DNA from: an uncultured Planctomycetaceae bacterium
Lineage (GTDB): Bacteria; Planctomycetota; Planctomycetia; Pirellulales; Pirellulaceae
DNA length: 34,438 bases
Direction: 5' to 3'
NCBI GenBank assembly: GCA_903921945.1
Contig: CAIXSC010000173.1
Coordinates: forward strand, 1 to 34,438
Positions 1-7,449 of this stretch are shown in pieces. Below the pieces are notes generated by a model. It ran no database searches and was not told where the DNA came from. It saw only the letters and a list, made by a program, of their open reading frames with translations. Every line of letters begins with the position of its first letter. The stretch's first letter is position 1. A program made the translations under genes and the position numbers.

Positions 1-535
1 CCTCTTCGACCGTGATCACGCCGTCCTTGCCAACGCGATGCAAGGCATCGGCCAGCAATTCGCCGATCGCCTTGTCGTTGTTCGCACTGATGGCGCCAAC
101 GTTCGCGACTTCTTCCTTGCTCGTTACCGGCTTGGCCATCGCCAACAATTTGGCCTCGGCCGCCTGGACCGCCTTCTCGATGCCGCGTCGCACGGCCATC
201 GGATTGCTTCCGGCGACAATGTTCCGCAGCCCCTCTTTGAAGATGGCATGGGCCAAAACGGTCGCCGTTGTGGTGCCGTCGCCAGCCAGATCCGAAGTCT
301 TCTGCGCGACTTCGACGACCAGCTTGGCGCCCATGTTCTCGAACCGGTCTTCCAGTTCGATTTCCTTGGCCACCGTCACGCCGTCCTTCGTGACCGTCGG
401 GCCACCGAACGACTTGTCGATAATTACGTTGCGGCCGGTCGGGCCCAATGTTACGGCCACCGCATGGGCCAGTTTTTCCACGCCCTGGAGCATCTTGGCC
501 CGGGCGTGATCTTCGAACATCAATTGCTTAGCCAC
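1..535 (-). CDS. groEL: Chaperonin GroEL (Cpn60), N-terminal ~178 codons; the rest runs off the window edge
   Basis: Absent from the ORF track because it has no in-window stop. Reverse-complement translation from GTG (535-533) reads [19 protein letters not shown]. At the window edge it reads [32 protein letters not shown], colinear with the complete GroEL at 1079-2794. Plus-strand ORFs 12-509 and 38-613 are antisense shadows. Confidence 0.9.
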   Translation of the reverse strand, partial: MAKQLMFEDHARAKMLQGVEKLAHAVAVTLGPTGRNVIIDKSFGGPTVTKDGVTVAKEIELEDRFENMGAKLVVEVAQKTSDLAGDGTTTATVLAHAIFKEGLRNIVAGSNPMAVRRGIEKAVQAAEAKLLAMAKPVTSKEEVANVGAISANNDKAIGELLADALHRVGKDGVITVEE

Positions 536-605
536 GCTGGCGTTTCCTTGTGGAAAAAAGAGAGATTGTCGGGGACAAAGGCGGAATCGATCGGCTCAGT
601 GCGGC

Positions 606-905
606 TCACTTGACCACCTTCGCCAAGATGTCGCTTTCTCGCAGGATTTTCACTTCCTGACCGCTAACCTTGATGTCCGATCCACCGTACTTGCCGTAGA
701 TCACCTCGTCGCCTTCCTGAACCGACAGCTCGCCACGCTTGCCGTTGTCGAGCAACCGTCCCGGTCCGACCGCGACGACGGTGCCGCGTTGCGGCTTTTC
801 CTTGGCGGAATCGGGCAACACGATACCGCCCGCCGTTCGTTCCTCGGCTTGGAGCGGCTGTACCACGACACGGTCATCCAGCGGACGCAACTTGATCTTG
901 CTCAT
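606..905 (-). CDS. groES: Co-chaperonin GroES (Cpn10), 99 aa
   Basis: [49 protein letters not shown]...ILAKV is a typical GroES sequence. I chose the ATG at 905 inside ORF 606-956 because GAGGAGAG lies 6-8 nt upstream. It sits directly upstream of the partial groEL on the same strand. Confidence 0.93.
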   Translation of the reverse strand: MSKIKLRPLDDRVVVQPLQAEERTAGGIVLPDSAKEKPQRGTVVAVGPGRLLDNGKRGELSVQEGDEVIYGKYGGSDIKVSGQEVKILRESDILAKVVK

Positions 906-1078
906 TCCGTTCTCTCCTCTCGCGAAACCAGTCTGTGTTGTTTTTGAATTCTGCAAACGTTGTTTTTCGCAAAGGCCGTTTCAGGGAAACAGGCATTTGT
1001 CAAACGCGATTGTTTGTAAACGTGACTTTGTGCGGACGTAACTCGGCGGGGCCGTGACACAAGCGGGCCGGCAGGCGA

Positions 1079-2794
1079 CTACATCATGCCTTCCATGCCG
1101 CCCATACCTCCCATGCCACCCATACCGCCCATTCCTCCCATGCCACCCATTCCTCCCATGCCGCCCATGCCATGGTCATGGTGATCGCCGTGGCCGCCGT
1201 CGTCCCCTTCTTCCTTCGGGATGTCGGTGATGAGCGACGATGTGGTCAGCAACAGCGAGGCGACGCTGGCGGCGTTTTGCAGCGCCGTCCGGACGACCTT
1301 GGCAGGGTCGATCACGCCCGCCTTCACGAGGTCGCAGAATTCGTCCTTGTCGGCGTCCCAACCTTCGTTCTTCCCCTTGAGGTTGCGAACGCGATTGACC
1401 ACGACGGCCCCGTCACGGCCAGCGTTCTTGGCGATGGCACGCAGCGGTTGGTCGAGCACATTGCGGATGATGGCGGCGCCGAGTTTCTCGTCGCCCGTCA
1501 ATTCCAGCTTGTCGATCGCCTTTTCCGCTCGGAGCAGGGCGACGCCGCCGCCGGGAACGATGCCTTCCTCCAGCGCGGCTTGCGTGGCGTTCTTGGCGTC
1601 TTCGACGAGCCACTTCTTTTCTTTCATTTCGGTTTCGGTCGCGGCTCCGCAACTGATCTGAGCCACGCCACCGGCGAGTTTCGCGAGCCGCTCTTGCAGC
1701 TTTTCGCGGTCGTACTCGCTATCGGTGCGCCCGATTTCGTCGCGGATCTGTTGCACGCGGCCTTCGATCTCTTCCTTGCTGCCGATACCGTCGACGATGG
1801 TCGTTTCCTCGGAGGTGATCTTCACCTTCTTGGCGCGGCCGAGATCCGAGAGCTTGACGCTTTCCAGGTCGATACCGAGATCCTTGAAAATCGGTTGGGC
1901 ACGCGTGAGCACGGCGATGTCGCCGAGGATCGCCTTGCGTCGGTCGCCGTAACCCGGGGCCTTCACCGCGGCGACTTGCAAGATGCCCCGCATCTTGTTC
2001 ACGACCAGCGTGGCCAACGCCTCGCCTTCGATGTCTTCCGCGATGATGAGCAGCGGCTTGTTCGCCTTGCTGATCGCCTCGAGCAGCGGGATCATCTTCT
2101 TGTTGGAAGTGATCTTCTCTTCGTGGATCAGGATATAGCAGTTGTCCAACTCGACGATGACCTCGTCGGCATTGGTGACGAAATGCGGCGAGAGGAAGCC
2201 GCGGTCGAACTGCATGCCCTCGACAACGTCGACGGTCGTTTCGCGGCCGCGGCCCTCTTCGACCGTGATGACGCCGTTCTTGCCCACCTTCATGAAGGCG
2301 TCGGCGAGCACTTTGCCGATTGACGGATCGTTGTTACCGGCGATCGTCGCGACTTGTTCGATTTCCTTGCGGCTCTTCTCGTTGATCTTCTCGGCCATCT
2401 TGGTGATGGTTTCGCCGACCGCTTCGGTCGCCTTGCTGATACCGCGGGAGAGCGCCATCGGGTCAGCCCCGGCGGCGATCATCTTCAGGCCTTCGCGGAA
2501 GATGGCTTCGGCGAGCACGGTGGCGGTCGTCGTGCCGTCGCCCGCGACGTCGTTGGTCTTGCTCGCCGCTTCCTTGACCAGCTTGGCGCCGAGATTTTCG
2601 TAGGGATCGTCGAGTTCGATGTCTTCCGCAACCGTGACGCCGTCTTTGGTGACTTTGGGCGAGCCCCAACCTTTGTCGAGCACCGCGTTACGGCCGCGCG
2701 GCCCGAGCGTGCTCCGAACCGCACGGGCGAGCTTGGAAACGCCCGCCAACAGCGGTTGCCTCGCTTCGTCGTCAAAAACCATTTGCTTTGCCAC
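1079..2794 (-). CDS. groEL: Chaperonin GroEL (Cpn60), 571 aa, with a His-rich plus GGM-repeat C-terminal tail
   Basis: Full-length GroEL-like translation ([19 protein letters not shown]...[11 protein letters not shown]...). The GTG start at 2794 is preceded by GGAGGT about 8 nt upstream and parallels the VAKQLMFED start of the other copy. The tail reads [11 protein letters not shown](GGM)8EGMM. Confidence 0.93.
   Translation of the reverse strand: MAKQMVFDDEARQPLLAGVSKLARAVRSTLGPRGRNAVLDKGWGSPKVTKDGVTVAEDIELDDPYENLGAKLVKEAASKTNDVAGDGTTTATVLAEAIFREGLKMIAAGADPMALSRGISKATEAVGETITKMAEKINEKSRKEIEQVATIAGNNDPSIGKVLADAFMKVGKNGVITVEEGRGRETTVDVVEGMQFDRGFLSPHFVTNADEVIVELDNCYILIHEEKITSNKKMIPLLEAISKANKPLLIIAEDIEGEALATLVVNKMRGILQVAAVKAPGYGDRRKAILGDIAVLTRAQPIFKDLGIDLESVKLSDLGRAKKVKITSEETTIVDGIGSKEEIEGRVQQIRDEIGRTDSEYDREKLQERLAKLAGGVAQISCGAATETEMKEKKWLVEDAKNATQAALEEGIVPGGGVALLRAEKAIDKLELTGDEKLGAAIIRNVLDQPLRAIAKNAGRDGAVVVNRVRNLKGKNEGWDADKDEFCDLVKAGVIDPAKVVRTALQNAASVASLLLTTSSLITDIPKEEGDDGGHGDHHDHGMGGMGGMGGMGGMGGMGGMGGMGGMEGMM
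1094..1171 (-). repeat. 9 nt in-frame tandem repeat encoding the (GGM)n chaperonin tail
   Basis: Repeated catgccNcc units are visible on the plus strand and translate to [26 protein letters not shown]. Confidence 0.85.
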
Positions 2795-3693
2795 GAGACG
2801 ATACCTCCAAGTGTATTGACGAATCACTCGCCCTGCGGGCGGGAATCACGACCAGCCGCTGTATTTGGCAGGCCTTGCGTTACTGCCATCCCCTCAAGCA
2901 ACCGGCGTGCCAAAATGGTGGAGGTGCTCGTAAGTAATTGCAAGAAAGACGGTTACGGCGAGTGCGTTGGATTCCGTGAGGGTGCAGAATTTGGGGAAGT
3001 GTCAATTTGGCAGCGGTGTGAGAATGGTGGTCCGAGCGTCGCATGGTCCGCGGAGGTTGCGGTTTCGGATTTCGGCCCCGTCGTGTTCCTTGACGTGCGA
3101 CGGTGGGGGGCCGGCTACCAACCGGAGAGTGGGTTGGGCGAGGCGTGCACCGCAGGACCGTTCCATGATTGCCAGGTGGTGTTGGCTCTGAAGCTTGTGT
3201 GCCATGGAAACGCTAGGGGCGATGGTCGGTAGCTGGTCCGGGAACGCTGCCCTTGGTTTCGTTGCGTTTGGCCTGCGGCCAGAGGATCGGCAACCATTAG
3301 TCGGTCGTGAACACGTGAAGTAGCTCAGCCGGCGATCGGTTTCTGACCGCCACGTGAAACCGGTGACGCAACCAAATGATCTGCCAAGTTTAAAGTCCTT
3401 TCAGCGGTTTTGCGTTCAGCCGCCGACCGATGGCGCAAATCGCTCGGGGGGGCGCGGTGGCTGGCGACCGATCGTCGGCCGTTGGGTGCGAAGAGGCGTG
3501 GACGGCAGTCGGCTGAAAAAAGTTCCATCCGGGATTCGTGTGGGGGCCTCCGAGGATTCGTGCCTCGCAAAACTTCCGCGCCACCGCGCAATCCAACGCG
3601 GCGACAGCCGCACCCTGCGACTCCTGCGATGGCGAACCACAGGAAACCCAGAAGGACCTGAAACAAGCGACCGTCGAGTTCTCACGGGAGTTT

Positions 3694-3708
3694 TGGCGCG
3701 CGGGTTGC
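3694..3708 (+). promoter_or_regulatory. Candidate sigma-54 (-24/-12) promoter upstream of glnII
   Basis: TGGCGCGcgggTTGCC matches the TGGCACG-N4-TTGCW consensus with correct GG-to-GC spacing. It is intergenic, on the plus strand, about 300 nt upstream of the glnII start. A chance match is possible in GC-rich DNA. Confidence 0.35.
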
Positions 3709-4013
3709 CTAGTCGGATCATGACAGCTTACGCAGGCGGAATTCAAGGAAAACTGCCTGTAAGGCGGGCGGTCGCTGCGCGAAAAACGGGCAGCGTCGAC
3801 GAGGTGGCGTTTTTTCCTGCGTTAGGGCGTTGCGAGTCGTTCGAAACGTCCTAAACTCTGGCCGAAGTTGAGCGTGGTTCGCTCGGCGGGGCCGGCAGAT
3901 CGATCGCTGCTTCGCACGACGTTCGTTCTCACCTCCACGCGTAGCGCTGTGCGGCGTGCGCTGTTGTGTGTGGATTCGCGTCCCTTTCTTTCTTCTATCT
4001 AAGGATTTGCCTC

Positions 4014-5030
4014 GTGTCGTCTGATTCAAAGTACAAGTTGGAGTACGTGTGGCTGGACGGGTACTTGCCGGAGCCGAACCTGCGGAGCAAGACGAAGATC
4101 GTCAAGACGGCTCCCGCGTCGGTCGCGGACTGTGCCCTGTGGGGTTTCGACGGCAGCTCGACGCAGCAAGCCGAAGGCAGGAGTTCGGACTGCGTTCTGA
4201 AGCCCGTTTCGCTCTATCCGGATAGCACGCGTAAAAACGCGTTCCTCGTGATGTGCGAAGTGCTCAACGCGGACGGCACGCCGCATCCGTCGAACTTCCG
4301 CAACACGGTGGAAGACGATTCGGACCTGTGGATTGGGCTCGAACAAGAGTACTTCTTCTACAAGGATGGGCGTCCGCTCGGCTTCCCGGAAACCGGCTAT
4401 CCGGCGCCCCAGGGACCGTACTACACCGGCATCGGCTACAAGAATGTCGGCTGCATGGCTCGCAAGATTGTCGAAGAGCACATCGACATCACGCTGGATG
4501 CCGGCATCGAGCTGGAAGGCATCAACGCGGAAGTGGCGAAGGGCCAATGGGAATTCCAGATTTTCGCCAAGGGCTCGAAGAAGATTGGCGACGACATGTG
4601 GATGGCCCGTTACCTGATGGTGCGGCTCTGCGAACAGTATGGCGTGGACGTCGAGTTCCACTGCAAGCCGATCCGGGGCGACTGGAACGGTTCGGGCATG
4701 CACTGCAATTTCTCGACGAAGTTCATGCGTGAAGTGGGTGGCAAGGAGTACTTCGAGAAGTTGATGGGGGCGTTCCAGAAGTACCGCGACGAGCACATCG
4801 CGGCATACGGTCCGGACAACCACCTGCGTTTGACCGGTTTGCACGAAACGCAGTCGATCGACAAGTTCAACTACGGCGTGGCGAACCGCGGCGCGTCGAT
4901 CCGCATTCCGCACAGCTTCGTGGCCAACGACGCCTACAAGGGTTACCTCGAAGATCGTCGGCCGAACTCGCAAGCCGATCCGTACAAGATCGTATCGCGG
5001 CTGCTGAAGACCATCCGCTCGGTCGGCTAG
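4014..5030 (+). CDS. glnII: Glutamine synthetase type II (eukaryote-like GSII), 338 aa
   Basis: SSDSKYKLEYVWLDGY...LRSKTK...WGFDGSSTQQAEG...EQEYFF...GPYYTGIG...GINAEVAKGQWEFQI...KPI.GDWNGSGMHCNFS...NRGASIRIP is the GSII pattern and length. The GTG at 4014 is preceded by AAGGA about 8 nt upstream. The longest ORF starts at 3966 but adds a non-GS-like leader. Confidence 0.87.
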   Translation: MSSDSKYKLEYVWLDGYLPEPNLRSKTKIVKTAPASVADCALWGFDGSSTQQAEGRSSDCVLKPVSLYPDSTRKNAFLVMCEVLNADGTPHPSNFRNTVEDDSDLWIGLEQEYFFYKDGRPLGFPETGYPAPQGPYYTGIGYKNVGCMARKIVEEHIDITLDAGIELEGINAEVAKGQWEFQIFAKGSKKIGDDMWMARYLMVRLCEQYGVDVEFHCKPIRGDWNGSGMHCNFSTKFMREVGGKEYFEKLMGAFQKYRDEHIAAYGPDNHLRLTGLHETQSIDKFNYGVANRGASIRIPHSFVANDAYKGYLEDRRPNSQADPYKIVSRLLKTIRSVG

Positions 5031-5075
5031 CTCACCGCTCCCGTTGCCAATCCGGCCGGGGATCGTTCTGATAAG

Positions 5076-5111
5076 ACGCCGTTTCGCAGGTTTGCGAGAC
5101 GGCGTTTTTTT
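5076..5111 (+). terminator. Rho-independent terminator of glnII
   Basis: ACGCCGTTTCGCA-ggt(t)-TGCGAGACGGCGT forms a 13 bp stem with one G-U pair, followed directly by a T7 run. Confidence 0.75.
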
Positions 5112-5140
5112 GTGGAAATGCGGCGGGGAAGGCGGACGCG

Positions 5141-6409
5141 ATGCAAGAGGCCAAAAACACGGCGCGGGCCTTGGTCCGCATCGGCTTCGATGGAAGCGTA
5201 CACAAGCAATTCCGAGCGAAGGACGCCGAGAGCCGCTTCGACAACGAAGTGCGGGTGCTCCGGTATCTCGAACAGCGCGGATGCAATTTCGTGCCGCGAA
5301 TCATCAGTTGCGATCGCGAAAAGCTGATTTTGGTCACCACCAACTGCGGAGCGCGTGTCCAGCAAATCAGCGAGGAAAAGTTGCGGTCGCTGTTTGCCGA
5401 GCTGGAAAGCTATGGTGTCCGCCACGACGATCCGTTCCTGAGGAATGTGACCTATCGAGCTTCGGATGGACGGTTCTGCATTATCGACTTTGAATTCGCC
5501 ACGATTCTCGACGAAGCCGACGCCGAGCGGCTCGGGGCGGGCTTTTCGGCGGCCGACCTGCCCGGGGGGACGGCCGAGCAATCGCCCGCACCACAATTGC
5601 TTCGTTGGTCGGGCCTGACCGACATTGGCCGTTTTCGCCCCAATAACGAGGACGCGTTTTTGGGCATCGCCTTCAATCGCCAGGATCTGTATTTCCTCGG
5701 CAAAGAAGGGGACGCGCACGCCAAGGGAATGGACTACATCTTCGCGGTCAGCGATGGGATGGGAGGCGAGCGGTCCGGCGAATTCGCCAGCAAGTTCACG
5801 CTGGACAACATCACTCGGTTGTTGCCACGACGATTCCAGTTATTGCCGGCCCATCGACGCGTCGGCATCCGCGAATGCTTGCTCGACTTATTCCAGGGAA
5901 TCCATCGACAATTGACCAGCCTCGGCCAAAGTTACGCGGAGGGGCACAATATGGGTTCCACGCTCAGTTTGATCTGGTATGTCGGCGGCTACGCCCACTT
6001 CGGCCACATTGGCGATAGCCGTATTTACTTGCTGCCCAAGGACGGCGGGATTCGCCAAATCACCGAGGATCACACCTACGTGGGATGGCTCCGCCGAAGC
6101 GGTCAGTTGAACGAACGCGAAGCCCGCTTCCACCCGCGTAAAAACGTGCTGAACCAATCGCTCGGGGCCGGTGCGCAATCGATCCACCCGCAGATCGGCG
6201 AACTGGCGTGCCAACCCGGCGACCGCATCCTGCTCTGCACCGATGGCGTGATCGAAGGACTCTGGGACCGCGGGCTGGAAGAGGCGATACGCTGCCCCGC
6301 GGGCCCGTATGCCGCGAACGGGCCCGCCGAGCGGATTGTGAGGATGGCGGTCGAGGAATCCGGCCGTGACAATGCGACGGCCGTCGTGGTCGAAATCGAG
6401 CATGCTTGA
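5141..6409 (+). CDS. Fusion protein: N-terminal minimal protein-kinase-like domain plus C-terminal PP2C (PPM) Ser/Thr phosphatase, 422 aa
   Basis: The N-terminal ~130 aa carry kinase-like motifs: VHKQF (Lys), NEVRVLRYL (Glu), GVRHDDPFLRNV (HxD...N catalytic loop) and IIDFEFA (DFG-like). The C-terminus has PP2C motifs: TDIGRFRPNNEDAF, AVSDGMGGERSGEFAS, GHIGDSRIYLL, ITEDHT, LLCTDGV, DNATAVVVE. Confidence 0.8.
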   Translation: MQEAKNTARALVRIGFDGSVHKQFRAKDAESRFDNEVRVLRYLEQRGCNFVPRIISCDREKLILVTTNCGARVQQISEEKLRSLFAELESYGVRHDDPFLRNVTYRASDGRFCIIDFEFATILDEADAERLGAGFSAADLPGGTAEQSPAPQLLRWSGLTDIGRFRPNNEDAFLGIAFNRQDLYFLGKEGDAHAKGMDYIFAVSDGMGGERSGEFASKFTLDNITRLLPRRFQLLPAHRRVGIRECLLDLFQGIHRQLTSLGQSYAEGHNMGSTLSLIWYVGGYAHFGHIGDSRIYLLPKDGGIRQITEDHTYVGWLRRSGQLNEREARFHPRKNVLNQSLGAGAQSIHPQIGELACQPGDRILLCTDGVIEGLWDRGLEEAIRCPAGPYAANGPAERIVRMAVEESGRDNATAVVVEIEHA

Positions 6410-6491
6410 TGAGTCGGCTGGCAGCAAGCCTTGGGGTGTTCGGGTGGGTCGCGTAAGCCGTCCGTGAAATGGTGAAACCGGCGAATCGGGC

Positions 6492-6514
6492 AATTCCGGG
6501 CCACGGATTTTTTT
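6492..6514 (+). terminator. Weak candidate terminator downstream of the kinase/PP2C gene
   Basis: A short hairpin, AATTCCG-ggcca-CGGATTT (4 strong bp), overlaps and is followed by a T7 run. The stem is weak. Confidence 0.3.
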
Positions 6515-6578
6515 CGCGAAATGGGTCGTCTTTGCGCAAGTGCCTATCGTTTCTTGATTTGCGTGTGGCGAATCAATC

Positions 6579-6606
6579 TTGACGGTGTTTGGCGACCCGA
6601 TATAAT
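6579..6606 (+). promoter_or_regulatory. Near-consensus sigma-70-type promoter for the response-regulator/kinase operon
   Basis: TTGACG (6579-6584), a 16 nt spacer, then TATAAT (6601-6606). This is striking in a GC-rich intergenic region. It would give a leader of about 225 nt before the ATG at 6838. Confidence 0.45.
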
Positions 6607-6837
6607 CCCGTCCGTTGGCAAGCTCGGTAATTCGGGAAGAAACGGTGGAAACTGCCGATTCTACCGGAGCCGGAAGAGCGGAAGCTTGCACACGCCACGG
6701 AGTCTGAAACCGAAGGATCATTGGACCAGGCGCTCTCAAGTGTCGCCGGGGCACGCCAAACACGCGGTAATCCAGGCAGGGTAGCCGGATGCGTCGTTTG
6801 CCCACGGACCGGCGCAACGCGGGGGTAGGAAGGACGG

Positions 6838-7434
6838 ATGTCTGACATGAGTAGCAAGACCGTATTTACCACAGGCGAGGCCGCGAAGATTTGCAAGGTT
6901 AGCCAGCAGACGATCATCCGCTGCTTCGACAACGGAACCTTGAAGGGGTTCCGAGTGCCAGGCAGCCGTTTTCGCCGGATACCCCGCGATCAATTGTTCG
7001 CCTTCATGCGTGACAACGGCATCCCGACCGATGCCCTGGAGAGCAGCCGCCGCCGTATTCTGTTGGTCGATGACGATCAAGAATTGGTCGACCTGCTCCG
7101 CGATGCCTTCGAACGCGATGGCCGTTTCGAAGTCCACACCGCGAATAACGGCTTCGACGCCGGTATGAAGGTCAAGGAACTGCGTCCCGACCTCGTGGTG
7201 CTCGACGTCATGCTGCCCGACATCAACGGCAAGGAAGTTTGCCAGCGAGTTCGTAGCGACGAATCGCTTGATTCGGTGAAGATCATCTGCATTTCCGGTA
7301 TGGTCGAGCAGGACAAAGTGGAAGAACTCCGCGCGGCCGGGGCCAACGATTTCCTGCAAAAGCCGTTCGCGGTCGAACGGTTGCTCGACCAAGTCTGCGG
7401 GCTGCTGGATATGCAGCGAGCCTTGGTCAGCTAG
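6838..7434 (+). CDS. Response regulator with N-terminal excisionase/MerR-type HTH and C-terminal receiver domain, 198 aa
   Basis: The N-terminus FTTGEAAKICKVSQQTIIRCFDNGTLKGFRVPGSRFRRIPRDQL resembles an HTH_17/excisionase-type helix-turn-helix. The receiver part reads RILLVDDD...PDLVVLDVMLPDING...FLQKPF. GGAAGGA lies upstream of the ATG. Confidence 0.85.
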   Translation: MSDMSSKTVFTTGEAAKICKVSQQTIIRCFDNGTLKGFRVPGSRFRRIPRDQLFAFMRDNGIPTDALESSRRRILLVDDDQELVDLLRDAFERDGRFEVHTANNGFDAGMKVKELRPDLVVLDVMLPDINGKEVCQRVRSDESLDSVKIICISGMVEQDKVEELRAAGANDFLQKPFAVERLLDQVCGLLDMQRALVS

Positions 7435-7449
7435 CCCAACGCGGTCCGC

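Noticed and set aside
12-613. Plus-strand ORFs 12-509 and 38-613
   Set aside because: They are antisense to the partial groEL, which the track omits because it lacks an in-window stop.
906-1078. Search for a CIRCE/HrcA operator and a clear promoter upstream of groES (and at 2795-2960 upstream of groEL)
   Set aside because: No TTAGCACTC-N9-GAGTGCTAA-like inverted repeat was seen. A TTGACA hexamer is present on the minus strand near 1000, but without a convincing -10 partner, so no promoter is called.
1172-2323. 383-aa plus-strand ORF and several smaller ORFs overlapping groEL
   Set aside because: They are antisense or out of frame to a full-length, unmistakable GroEL.
2863-2886. TGGCAG-N11-CTGCCA inverted repeat, sigma-54-like TGGCAGgccTTGCG, upstream of groEL
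   Set aside because: The GG-to-GC spacing is two nt too short for sigma-54, and the motif points away from groEL. The 6 bp inverted repeat alone is weak evidence for an operator.
3313-3385. tRNA-like start GTAGCTCAGCCGG with a possible TCT anticodon loop
   Set aside because: The D-stem has a mismatch, the anticodon stem has only 3 bp, and no GGTTCGAATCC-type T-arm or acceptor pairing follows. It is not a tRNA.
3325-3854. Cluster of mutually overlapping 60-170 aa ORFs on both strands
   Set aside because: None has a plausible RBS, hydrophobic-core pattern or motif, and at most one could be real. Treated as non-coding pending expression data.
6622-6730. Resemblance of the leader to cobalamin-riboswitch (GGGAA..GGTG.AAA..CC, GCCACGG), SRP RNA (CCGGAAGAGCGGAAGC) or glycine-riboswitch (ACCGAAGGA) fragments
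   Set aside because: Only isolated short matches are present. The core elements are absent or out of order: CCCGCAACTGT and the GCCACTG context for cobalamin, the symmetric loop for SRP, and GGAGAG...CTCTCAGGC for glycine. Left as an unclassified leader.
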